DNA from: Welwitschia mirabilis
Taxonomy: Eukaryota
Assembly: GCA_051453625.1 (NCBI GenBank)
Contig: JBOZIK010000001.1
Location: forward strand, 18,135,247-18,199,246
Reading direction: 5' to 3'
Length of the DNA: 64,000 nt
Position numbers and translations under genes: made by a program. This document shows positions 40,001 to 53,009 of the stretch, one piece after another. Position 1 is the first letter of the stretch; the number at the start of each line of letters is the position of its first letter. The notes below the pieces were generated by a model that saw only the letters and a list, made by a program, of their open reading frames with translations, searched no databases and was not told the DNA's origin.

Positions 40001-43000
40001 AGAATTTAACTAATAAAATAAAATCAGTGGAGAATTTACATTATTAAGGGAGTCATCCACTTAGGTCATCTGAATAATAGTCCAAGACAATAATTAGTAA
40101 TAGCAACTCAACAATAGAAAATAAGGATTATAGTTTAGAATTAATAGAATTATTCAACAAAGAGGAAGAAGATACAACTTAATAAATATCAAAAAATCAT
40201 CCATCACATAATGAAAACTTTTCTTTCTATGAATTTTTAATGATATTTTTGAGGAATCCACTGATTTAGAAAATGAAAATAGTCCTCAAAAAAAAATAAT
40301 AAGTTCAATAAAGAAGAGAAATATGTCATCAATAATATTAATAAAGATAGTGAAGAAGAAGAAGATATTATTAAAGAATATAATGGAGAAAGTAAAGAGA
40401 GCATTCAACCAAGTAATGATGAAGTCAATAATGAGGAGAAGAGAAATAAAGAAGAAGCAATTGAAATTCAAATAAACTTAATAGAGAATAGACTTATATC
40501 TATCAATGAAATAAACCAACCTAAAAAGTCTCCACATGTTTCTCCATCACTTTGACTTGTACTTTCATTATTAAAGGACATCCCTACTTCTACTTCTACT
40601 TTCACATTATCTTGTGATCTTGATAATGATAAAATTTCTCCCTCTCTTCCATTTTAACATTTAAGTAATTCTTTAAATCACATCCCTTTCCTTGAATTTA
40701 ATGAAATATAGCACTTTAAAAAGTCTAATTCAAAAATATCTCAATCTTTTCCTTTTAAAACTTCATGTGCTACAAAAAGTAATATATTTTTCTCTTTTAT
40801 AAATTCAACTCTACTTTGTATTTTTAATGATTACACCTTTTAAAAACAAAACTTGGAATACTTGAAACTCTAATTTGGGTTAATATTATATTGTTAATCT
40901 GAATCCATTCTTATAATTAAATTCTAAGAAGATTCTTAAGTATGTTAAGAAGTTTCTTTTAAAGTATTAGATCCCAAATAAAACCATTAATGTCTTCCAT
41001 GTTTAATATTAAGCTTTGAATTAAATACATGTTTCAAATTTTTTACATCATGAATTTGATAAGAAATTGTTTTTTCAAGAGTTATATTAATTTTTATCTC
41101 TTATATTGCTAATAAATTTTGTGGATATAAAATGCCATTTGACCATGCTAATTGAAAGGCTTTATTTCTTTAATAAAAATTCATATCTCGAATTGAATGA
41201 TAGAAATTGGCTTAATCTTATTAGACATTTTAAAGAGCCCTTAAAATCTTCTTTGATACTTTCTTTGAGTATTTCCTTGCATGCATTATATGATGATATT
41301 CATGATTTACATTATTCCAATAAGAGATTATTCTTTAATGAGATTTATCACTTCTTTATCTCTTTTTTAAAATCTAAAATTTATGCTATTAAAGTTTTAT
41401 CCTTTTATTGTTTTTCCCTCCAATTGATTTTATTAAAAATTTAATTTTATGATTGTAATACTTTTTATCTTTGATTTTTAGTTTCAATAAATTAATCTCT
41501 AAATGATTTAGTTATTATCTTTTAGAGAAAGTACATTTTTAGTAACTCAGTTAAGATTTCCAATTTCAACACTGGGGAAATTACAAATTCATGAATTACT
41601 TAAAAGTGTTAAACATAGTAGAAGCAATTGTTTTGAAAAATTCTTATTTCATTATCTAAATTCTTTCTTAGCTTATTCTTTTGTTGGACATCATGCTATC
41701 ACTTGAACATCTTTTAAACTTGACTTATGTTTTATTTTATGAAGTTACCATGACCAGTAATTTTTATTTAGGAATTAAAACGATAAGATTGAATTCATCC
41801 AATCTTAAAACATTCAAATGTCTATGAACTTCATTTAAAGGAAGATTCTTTGGTTTTTTTGTTTTTTTCTCTTAATGGTAAAAGTTTTTTAGTATTAGTG
41901 GTGTTATTTATTATCTTGTATCTTATTTCTTCACTTCTTCTTTATAAGTGTGTGGTCATATGAAATTTATTCTAAAGAAGTATATTATCCAAAAAAAGAG
42001 AGAGAGAGAGAAAAAAGAAGAAAGAAAGAATAATGACCATTAACTATTATTTTTGTGATAAATACATGATCACCATGATGTCCTACCACATCGAGGTAAA
42101 TTTTCCTAAGAGGAATCCTTGGCAGTATTGGTAGCTATAGGAACTCCACTGGGGGGTTAGTTGGACATGCTTTATAGGTTCTTACTTCTCTGACTATGGT
42201 TGCACTCCCCTCATTATGGATTAAAAGAAAATATTTCAAGGCTATGGAATCAGTGATGTTCATGGTTTCATCAAATGCATTTCTTGTTATCTAGAATTAT
42301 TGTACTTATAGTATTCCCACATGAACATTTTACTTTTCAGGATTTAGGTATGTTTTAAGGTGTTAGAAAGTGAGTTTATTTGTGATAGCTTTTGATCTTA
42401 GCATTTATTATTTGAAAACATTAGTTACTTAGCATCATCATAATCACTGCTTATTTAAGTGGTACTTTATAAAGTTTTTGCATTATGTATGCATCATTAA
42501 TAAGGCATTTTTATGATTTATTTCATGAGGGTTTACTAGGTTTGGATTTAAGGTATGTATACAATATTCTTCATGTTTTTAAGTTGTCCATTTTTGTTTT
42601 GTTTTCCTTAGTTATTTTAGTTGGTATTTCAAAGTCATTTCCATACTTTTTCATCACAAATTCTTAGGACTTAATCATTTAGTAGTTTTCTTATTGATTT
42701 TTTAAATTATTATAACTTTTCTTCCTAGAAGTTAACTTTCTTTTTGCAAATAAATTTCTTTTAGTCTATGATGAAAATTATTTTTCACATCTATTATTTT
42801 AGTGTCTTTTTAAGTTTAGTTAACTTTAATTTTCTTTTTGAGTTTTGACACATCTAGTACTATTTTTCAATAATTATGAGTTCATAGCACATTTATCTTC
42901 ATTATCTTAGTGCATTCACCTCCTTTATCATTCCTTATCAATCATAATTATTAGCCATTTTCCATTGTTTAGACTCTCTGGTACCTTTCTAAAGCCTTCA

Positions 43001-45294
43001 TGATGTTATCTAAGCTTTATTGATTCTACTGCTAATTCCAAAATTTCTAATCTTTTGAAAACCCATGTCATCCTTCTTGTCATCTAGATGACTAGGTGGA
43101 TGATACATAGATATTTTTTAAGTAATAACACTTTATCTTTCACCTTTTCCATCTTTTCATGACTCTTCTTTTCATGCATAAAACATTATTTCTAGTCTAT
43201 CTGTATTGATTACTTATACTTGAACTTGCATATTGATCTTTTTAATCTTAATTTGAGCCAATACTAGATGTATTGGCTCCCCTATTGGAGGGGAGGTTAG
43301 GACATATATATTGAGATATCTTGAGTAAAAATTTAAATTTTTTAGGGTTATTTTTACATTTTCATGAGACATATCTATAATGTACTAATCTAATTATGAA
43401 TTCCTATTATTTAAGTGATATACATTATTGATAATGTTTAGTAAAATAGTAGCAGAATACTTATAGTATGTTTTCATTATAGGAATGATACAAGCAATTC
43501 ATGAGACCATGGATGAAGGGAATGATGTTATGATTGATTATTTTTAATATACTTCCCTTGTAGATTGTGTTTATAAAATCAATGTTTAATCTAAGAATAT
43601 CCTTTTTGAGTTATTACTCTTTCTAATTATATATACACATCCTTTATGTGTAAGTTATTATAGTCATATCTTATGATGATTATTTTTATTATGACATTCA
43701 ATTTCTATCTTTTCAATGTATTAAATGTTTTAAGTAGGGGGTTAATGCATAGGTAAGTGTTTTAATCTTATTTTTTGATGATCATGATTATAATCAATTA
43801 ATTTTATAGATTGACTTTTAGGAGCTTGTTATCCTCATAATCATTTAGACGACAGTCTAGATAACACCATGGTTATTTCATCTCCTAAGGTAAAACATTT
43901 TAATTTATCTAAGTTTGGTGATTTACTCTTACATATTAATATTTATAAAATTTAATTACATATCCCTAGATAGTATTTTATCTTAGTCAATTTGGCTCAC
44001 AATTATAGTCATTCATTAACTTTATCAAAACTGACAAGGCTAAGTAGGGGGCTATGTTGTGATGCTAAATTGTATGTTTTTTATGGAGTATTTTAAGTAG
44101 TTTTATAGGACATTTAGATAGGTTTAAGCATAAAATGATGATTATTAAGATTCCAGAAAAAGATCATAGAAATGCATAACTACCAGTACTTTTGGAGGCA
44201 TTTTGGATTAATTCTAATACTTATATTTCAAGGAGGAATTAATGAGCTTTAAGGTTAATTTAACTTGATAAAGAACTTTAAAAAAAATATCATCCCATCC
44301 ATTATCCAAATTACATAAAAGTACAACATCACTTACATGCTGACTAGGATTCTGATTGGGCTAATATGAAGGATAAATATAGAACTCTGTTGATGTGGCA
44401 TTGTCTCCACCATCATCCAGACAATCACTAGGATGACCATCTAATTTTAGTAAATGTACCAACTTCATCAAACTTTTGTAATGTATCACACACCTTCTTG
44501 TGTGTCATTAAAATGCCTCATGCATTTGTTAGATTTTCTATTATAAGAGTCTATTATTATTAATAAATACTATCTTTGTCCTTAAATCTAATCATCTTCG
44601 TTACATCAGAAATTGTCATAATAGGAGATCAAAGGACTATAGGTCCATCCAATAGTTATAGAAAGGGGTCTTCCTTAGTGTTAGGATATGCCTCCTTTAT
44701 TAAGGTACTGCTTCTTTATAATAGTATGTTGGTTTAACTTTTAATGGAAATCTTCTTTTAGTTTTATTCATATTTATGTGTATCTGCATTATGGGTTATG
44801 TCACTTTTGATTTCGTAACAGCTTCGTCTATGATATAGATCATGAGGACAACCTTTATTAAGATTGAAATTTTTACTTTAGGATCTTGCATTACATTTTT
44901 ATATTTTATAGATTAAGTCATTACGTGTTCTCATATTTTTTCTTATGCACTTAATAACTTATATTGGTTTTAGTTAGTGACAGTTTCCTTGATTGATCTA
45001 GGTAATGTAGGGTCGATCTTTGTGACAGAGATTTGGTAGTCAGATAGATATTACGTTTAGGGTAGTTTGTCTTTTCATTTTCATTGTGTATTTACTTTTC
45101 TTGCATTGTTGATTTCATTTTTTAAACCTTTACTTCATAAAAAGTAATTCTCTAGCTTCGTGTTTGGTGCCTTTAATGAATTATGACATTTGGATCTACT
45201 CCTATCTATATTAGTATGTTTTGTTTGTGAATATATTTTCAATTGATAGGATTTGATAAAGTACATAAAATTTGTATAAATACAAATCACAACA
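37032..45294 (+). mobile_element. Athila-like non-autonomous (LARD-like) LTR element D
   Basis: 5'-truncated LTR 37032-38014 repeats within LTR 44055-45294, which has TGTTGTGAT...ATCACAACA inverted termini. Decayed Asp-type PBS TGGCATTATTACTGAGGA at 38018 and PPT TAAGTAGGGGG at 44041. No RT/INT motifs seen. Confidence 0.8.
39229..39370 (+). repeat. 30-bp in-frame tandem repeats in D internal region
   Basis: About 4.5 copies encoding MSYYEEKPSS-like decamers. Confidence 0.8.
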
Positions 45295-46227
45295 CTAAGC
45301 AAATAAGAGATGCAAGGAATTGACATGAAAATAAGGAGTTGATCAAAAAGAACTCAATAAAGCACAAAAGGCACAACAAAGGAATTACAATGCAATATAC
45401 TAATGATGTACTTGGTAATGTAATTACAAGACCGCAAGGCACTCAAAGATATATAGAATAGTAAAGTAACTTAAATATTAGTCCTTACCTAGTTAGGTAA
45501 GTGAACAGGAAATACCTTTTTTATTCTCAACTCCACATTGTAATTATCCTATGAGTTAAGATTATTAGTTAAATGTAGTTAAAATTTGAATTATGTGATT
45601 ATTATTTTCTAGTTCATAGTGTTATCATTATGATTACATTATTCATAGAATTTTTTGATGTTTTTAGAACTTTCATCATAGATGTCTTTAGTTTTGTAGA
45701 TGTCTCTAGTAAAGATGTTTTAAAATTTATAAATTTTCTTAAAAGTAAACATCTAGACTTTTTACATGTTTTCAAAGGGTAGGTACATTAATTTAATTTT
45801 GCCAAATAGACATCTTAATTTTTATATATGTATTACTAGTAGAAAAACATATTAAAGTTTCTTAACAGTAGATGTTTTTATCTTTGTCAATGTCTAATTT
45901 TTGCATTCTAGATGTCTTCTAGGTTGTAGATGTCTTGGTTGTATTATTGCAAAAAATAAAATATGCTAAAAATATAGGTTTTTTACCCTTTTCTTTTACA
46001 AAAGGAACCATAAAATATTATTTTCAAATCCCCACTAAATAGGTGTCTCTCTCATAAGATTTCTTACGCTTTATTTTCTCAAATTTATTTGTCAAAACAT
46101 CTTGAATCTTTAAGACATCTTAACAGTAAGCAAGAACAAAGTTTTTTGTTAAATAGATGCACATTTTTTCATAGTTTCTTGTATTTTAGTTAATTTTTTA
46201 ATTAAAGTTTCTCTTTATCTCACCTAC

Positions 46228-47943
46228 ATGCTTAGAAAAAATGTATTTAGTACATCAAAAGGTAAAGAACAAGTTTCAAAACAACAAAGATCATAATATG
46301 AGCCTCAGTTCTACTATGAGGTAGCTGCCAGAAGACTTAGAACATGGTTCAAAAACTCAATTATTGTATAAAGTACCCTTGGATTTCAAAAAAATCATAG
46401 AGATCAGCTTATGAGTTACTTCTCTTAGCTTGGATTGAAAATGATTATATAATTAGATAAACCTATTCCAGATTCATTGATAAGAGAATTCTAGAAGAAT
46501 ATTTGTGAAATTGACAGAAGCATGGATTCCTTTCAAACTTAAGTTATAGATATCTCTTTACATGTTATTTTTAGTTTTTTTAATTCCTTAATTAACATAG
46601 ATGATATGGATGTTCATTAGATTTATATACATTCGTTTAAGAAAATATTTAGTTTTAGAGTTAGCTATGTGTCTTTGTATAATGTGAGCAGCGTTTTATT
46701 TGGACATAGTAAAATGAACTTTGTTTAAAATATTGAGTGTAAAGAAATAATTTTATATGCCTCTATTCTCAACTTAATAATGTTTTACAATATTCTAATT
46801 AGAGAAGGAAGTTATAGCTATTATAAATCCATGCAGATATCTGTTATATATTTTTTTAAATTTGTGTTTTATTCTACACATGAATATTATATTGCTTTTT
46901 TATAAGGGTTAGACATTTAGTCACTCTTGACTTATTAGTTTAACCATAAGTAGTGTAGATATTTCAGTGTCTCATATTAATCTTATTCATTAGAAGAAGC
47001 CCTTAGCAGAGTTTAGTGAAAAATGTAGAGTACTGGTGTTACTAGTTGAGGGCATAAGTAGGAATTATTCATAGTTTAATTGATCATATTCTATTGCTAC
47101 TTACATATCCTCATCAGCACAAAAGGAACTAAAGTCAATTGCAAAAATGATTGGTAAAATTGGCAAAAACATGTTGATATTAAAGAAACATAGGTCTATA
47201 GTAAGTAATGGTGAAGAAACAAAAGAGAATTGGGAATCCATAAGGACTCCAATGTAGTTAGATTTAGAAGAAGAGTCAAAACAAGAAGAAGAAGTAGAAC
47301 TTCAGCTCCACATGGCATATAATAGGACTTTGTAGAGTGGCTTACAGTGAATGTACAGAGGATTCATTAGGAAATGATACCAAGGCTAAGAATGAGTACT
47401 AGGCTTTCATAAAGGCACATGTATAAGGAAATAAATAAGCTAGGTCCTTTATAGTAGAGGCAACCATAACAAGAGATATATTCTAAGAGCTTGAATGCAT
47501 TATCTCTTATCCTTCATTATCCACATTGTAAGATTTCTCTCCACCATCTTAGTTAGTTACCTTTATCATGCTTCATAGTTTAATCATATCCTACCCTACC
47601 TTCTTTACCTTCATTGCATTTACCATTACCATCGCCATCACATATAGAGCCCATCTAAGTAGAACCATTTTTCTCTATGCAAGTACCTTTATCCTTCGTA
47701 GAGATAGCCACCGCTAGTTTCTTTGAAATATCTATCACTTCTTAAATGTATTAATGTATAATGAGATAGGTCTTTGATGGCCTATGATAGACATCTTAGC
47801 ATCCTTCTAAGAAATGGCACACTCCACCTCTTATATTTTCCTTATCCTACACCCAAATAATCTCCACCACCCATGACAGTGATGATACTAATGAAGAGGC
47901 ACAAGACGAACATTATAACAATGACTTTCCTCTTAGTGATTAG
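46228..47943 (+). pseudogene. env-like extra ORF of B
   Basis: MLRKNVFSTSKGKEQV start, SLIREF*KNI..DSFQT*V motif and a Pro-rich/acidic tail; lies upstream of the PPT region. Confidence 0.6.
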
Positions 47944-48729
47944 AGCCTTTTCTCTACTATTCAAAAAGGAGCAAAAGTATTTACCAATCAATGATAGATG
48001 AGTGGCTTTTAGTTGGACACTATAATTTTCAAATTAAAAACACTCTATTGGGCTTGGAGTTTTTGATTATGAAATTGCATCCCTAAGTATCATCATTGTT
48101 ATTAATGATCCCTCTTGATGTTTTTGGCATATATTGATGTTATCTATTATTATTATATATTTGCACATGTTTATGTTAATACACTTTTTAATTTTAATAT
48201 CATACTTTCATTAGCATATTTCTATAATGATTAATTCTCTAATTTTCATGATCTCTATGTTATATACTGCTAGCATGTTTTCTATTATATCATGCTCTCT
48301 GATTCCTATTACTTTAATCGGATTATTTATAATAACATATTTATAATATTGGCATCAGGAATAATTAGATATTAAATGATATTTTATTAGTATAAAATTT
48401 GTATTATCAGGATCTAATTTTATTTTGTATTATTAAATATCATGGCTATTTAAATGATTAATACCATGGTTTATCAATTATCTTTATGCCTTTATCAAAT
48501 TCCTTAAGTTGCACATCAATATATCTTAATCTAATTCTTTTTTTCTAGTAATATATCTATGTGTTTTTATCTATTATTCAAGTAAATAATGCCATGTTTT
48601 TCCAATATCACTACAAAATTTAATTATGTGCATTTATATGAAACATGAATATTAAATCTATAGTTGATTAAATGGGATTACACTAATGAAGATTTGCCAA
48701 GTTTTGGACATCATCAAAAAGAAGGGGAT

Positions 48730-50284
48730 TATTGGCAAATCTAGTTTTGATGATTACAGTTGTCAAATATTTCATGTCTTTATGAACATAAATCATTACA
48801 AAGTAAAATCAAATCATCATAAGCATAAGATGATGTTGAAACTTCAAGACAATATCTCATGAAAAGGATCTATTAAAAAGCAAAATTAGTTGTTTGAAGA
48901 TGTTTGGAAAATTAAAGCTGTCTATAGTTAAGATACCTAGAAAATTAAAGACATCTTAGATGTACTAGAATTCAAGTCACAAGCTTAAGATAACTATCTC
49001 ATTAGATATGACTATGTTAAAAGTTGAACTTAACACAAATAAAGATGTCTACATGTTTAAAAATGTCTATACTAAGCTAAAATTGATAATATAATTAATT
49101 TAATTTTTAACTAATATCCTACATTTTAAATAATATATCAACTTATATGTCACAGATTCATGATCATGAAGGTTTAATAATCATACAAAGTAAGTTTTAT
49201 TAAAATCTAGTTGAGTTCACTCAAGATGTCTATAAGGTAAAGATGTCTAATTACTAGTAGACATCTACAAAATTAAAGATGTCTTGGATCAAAGTCCACA
49301 TCGATAAAAAACAAAAATACACATCTAATGCATAGATGTTTTCTATCCATTGCATGTCAATTATAAATTTAAACGATTATCTTTCAAGCTTAAATAGCTA
49401 GATCCTCTTTGATAATATAAAGGCTTAATATCAAGACATAAATCACAACTTTTGGAACTTCAACAAATACACAGCTCTTAAACTTTTGACACTCAATGAT
49501 CTGCTCAAATATAGAATGAATATTACATAGGTGACAAGAACATCTCATGAAGGATCATAAGCATTATTTGTAAAGGATCTTGCATTGTCTACATCATTCA
49601 TTTTTGGAACCCTTATTATTATATCACTCATCTATACTCATGAAAACTACAATAATAGATAACTCAAGTCTTCTTCAAAGATACATATTTCAGGCTTATT
49701 ATCATATTGTATTTTTTTAATACATTGTTAGACTATCATATTATTGAATATTGCTGTAAGTCCATTATTGAATTAGTTTCTTTATAAGACAATCCTTGTA
49801 AAAGTGTGTATTTGAGATAGCACATGTAAATACTTACTTGTTGTAAGGTTATTAATGAGTCATAAAACAATTATTTCCTTATGGAAAAGGGAGTGCTACT
49901 TTGCAAGGAGGATTTCATTGTTGTAAGGTTTGTGATGCACGTATGAAAATCACTATTTCCTTGCAGGGAAGAGAGTATTCTCTTGTAAGGAGACTCTCAC
50001 TATTTTAAGGTTCATGGTGCACTTGTGAAAACCACTATTTCCCTATAAGAATAGAGTGCTATTGTAAGGCTGTTGGTGTATCAAAAAAGAATTATTTTCT
50101 TATAGGTCAAGAATATCTAAAGGTGTGAGTAAAAGCTACATTCTATATGTGAACGTACCTAGGTTGGAAAACCACATTCTCTCTATAAGGTATTTTATTA
50201 TGCATATTTCATTTTATTAATAGGTTAAATTGTTTTATTTAATGGAGCTTATTCAACCCTTCCCTCTAAGTTTAATACTTATTA
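48730..50284 (+). repeat. 3' LTR of B
   Basis: Direct repeat of 29737-31310, followed by TSD TGGTT. Confidence 0.9.
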
Positions 50285-50289
50285 TGGTT

Positions 50290-50900
50290 AAATCAATTTC
50301 TTTCAACTTTTAGAACTTTTAGATACTATCTTAAGGTAATTCCAAACTTTAGCTAGTGGAAGACTCAAAAGGCTCCATCTACTGATCATCTAAACTACTT
50401 GCCTCTTGTCTATTGATAATATGTCATTAAAAAAACTAAATTCTCTTCCTAGCTTAAATTTATGTTAGAGATAGTTCTAAAGTAGGTTCTTCAACCTCTC
50501 TAAGGCTTGTGAGAAGGTTTTATCATATTTTTGTTCATAGTCCATGATCTCTACCTTAAAGCATTAGCTTTATGACTTGAAAAAAAATTTAAAATAAATT
50601 CTTTATTTAAATCATTTCAAGTTCTAATTGATAGAGGCTTAAGGAAGCAAATCTAAGCCTTAGCTTTTTACTTAAGGAAGAATGGCAAAAAGATGAGTTT
50701 AAGGATGTCATACATGTTGGGTACTGAGGTAAGGTAGATAGTACAAATTTAAATTCCTTGAGGTACAAGTATGGATCTTTAAAATTGAAGTCATAAAAAT
50801 GAGAAAGTAACTAGATGGTAGATGTTTAAACTCTATCCTATGTTCTATTAGTAATTGAACTACGCATGGTGGGGTACTAAATCATTGAGGTTGTAAGTAG
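50290..50900 (-). pseudogene. gag: Retrotransposon gag N-terminal part, X unit 1
   Basis: DPYLYLKEFKFV and KLIFLPFFLK*KAKA*ICFLKPLSIRT*NDLNKEF (Retrotrans_gag consensus LFPFSL..KAK.W...L....I.TW..L...F). Confidence 0.85.
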
Positions 50901-51511
50901 TTATAAAGGGTTTGCTTAGGAGAGGAGTTGTATTAGTTTTACATTGTATTTTAGCTAATGTTTTGGATTGCTTATTACTTGAGATAATATGCATGCAGAT
51001 TATCTAATAATTCCATGCTTCATTATTATTATAAAAAAGGTATTGAAAGAGAAATTAGGCATTTGGATTTGGTTATTAATTAATAAGAGTTTTCTCCTTG
51101 GGTATTATCATGAGTTTGGTTTTTAAATGGTGGTCTCTACTTTTCATTAATTTTGATGTTATAGTGCATATTTTCATTAAAAGGTATTTTAATTAGGTAA
51201 CTTAATTCATCTTAAATCAAATTCATACAATTTTAATAGAGATCTTAGTTAAATTTTTAGAGGTTTCTACACAAAATATTTAATAGTGCTAATTAAGGAA
51301 GGTGGCAGCGCCAATTCATTTGACATTCATAGTTCAAGGAAAAAGTTAGAGGTTCATAAGTCTACACAAAAAGTTTGGTGTTACAAGGTTATAAAAAAAC
51401 TTAGCAAAAAACAAATATGATAAAAAACTTAAAATAAACCTAAGGAAACTAAACTAAACTAAAAATTGCATGAAAAAAATATGTTACTTCTGAGAAGCTA
51501 TTATGCCATCA

Positions 51512-51529
51512 TCCCTTACAACGGTGCCA
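51512..51529 (-). promoter_or_regulatory. PBS (tRNA-Asp type, Athila-like)
   Basis: TGGCACCGTTGTAAGGGA versus the Athila-type TGGCGCCGTTGCCGGGGA. Confidence 0.8.
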
Positions 51530-51534
51530 AAATA

Positions 51535-53009
51535 TATTTGCTAAAATCCATTTATTTTAGTATAAATATGAACACCAATAAAAACTAGATAAGCACATAG
51601 TATTATCCTTTCATAAGGATAATTAGAGTATACTTAATAAAAGTCATACAATATTTTCAATCCTACAATATAATTAAAATAAAAAATAAAGTTTAAAGTT
51701 TTATTAAACTTTAATTGATAATGTAGGGAAATGAATGAGATCTAAAAGTCTAGGTTAAGTTATTCAATAGCACTCCTTCACTCTGATGATATTATATATT
51801 CTTTCTAAAACATAAGCTTAAATTATCAAGTTGTTATGGCTCAGGACATGTTAACATAATCTCATTCACTACATAAGTATTGGTAAATTTAATAGTCACT
51901 TTGATCCTTCATAGTCCTTCAAAAACATAGAAGGTAAGGACAAATACAATTAAGATCTATAATATAATAGTTAACATAAAAAATAAAATAACTTAAAGAA
52001 TTTACTCAGTGTTGATAGAACTTAATAATGTAATCTCATCTAAGGATTAAAAGTACTAGTTTATGCATGCTAAAAATTAAAGAATGAACAACCACTTATT
52101 AAATTAAATTAAGAAATAGTTTCACCTAAGGATTAAAAGTATGAGGTTATGCATACTAGAAATAGAAGAATAACCAACTTATTCTTGTATTAAAAAAAGA
52201 AAATACATTATACCAAATGAGGAAAATGAAGCTAATATAGACTCCTTAAACTAGCCTCCAAATAAATCTGCTTGTAAAGTAGGTGCTTAGAAAGTCATAT
52301 CGATCTGATACTCAAAGTATTCCACTATGTTTACCTAATGAAAATCCTTTACAATAAGGGTTTAAGGCCTTTTTATAGATTAGGGAAGGATTAGGAACGT
52401 TTAACTTATAGTGGTTAGTAATAGTTACAATAGGGGAATTATACTTTGAATGGTACAATTTGTAAGGTTGCAATTTTTATCATGCATCTTTAAGGAGGTT
52501 TTTTTATTTTATTATAAAAATGGTGATAACATAACCTTTGGATGATGATGCTACTACCATTAGATGCTATTACTATCTATCTTCCACATCATCATACTTG
52601 CTACTACCACATGTCATTACTACATGAAATTAATGCCTTCATTACGTGTCATTGAAGTTGATGGTTATTTCTAATTTAATGTCTAACTAAGTCCAAAAAT
52701 GGAATGTAATTCATTTTTTATGAAAGGTTCAAAACATATTTTTTGACCTATTCTACTCCAAAAGACTAGATGCACAAATGACCTAGACAGTGGTGCCAGC
52801 ATTTTTTGTCAGATGTTCTTCAATTTTTAGCATGTCCTTTAGAAAGCGGTAATTAACATAAATTTGTCATGAAAAAGTGAATAAGTTCATAAAACATGCT
52901 AAAAATGGTAGAATACATAATTTTATAATAAATTATGATTTGAATGTCTTTTCCAATGCTAAATTGATCAAATATACTTGATTTGAATGTCAATTTTTGC
53001 ATGTAAACA
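51535..53009 (-). repeat. Shared LTR between X units 1 and 2
   Basis: PBS on the left and PPT region (CACCCCAATCAG on plus) directly on the right. Confidence 0.8.

Larger units (their letters stand above)
29737..50284 (+). mobile_element. SIRE-type copia element B (both LTRs, nested insertions)
   Basis: LTRs at 29737-31310 and 48730-50284 with perfect TSD TGGTT on both sides. PBS TGGTATCAGAG at 31313, PPT AAAAAGAAGGGGAT before 48730, and C-rich ATTCACCCTTCCCC near the LTR end. Confidence 0.9.
3372..53009 (-). mobile_element. Athila-like Ty3/gypsy element X, unit 1 (gag-protease only), heavily interrupted
   Basis: LTRs at 3372-5086 and 51535-53009 are colinear. PBS TGGCACCGTTGTAAGGGA on minus at 51512-51529, PPT next to 5087. 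Internal pieces 5087-6932, 27947-29736 and 50290-51534 join colinearly with unit 2. Confidence 0.8.
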
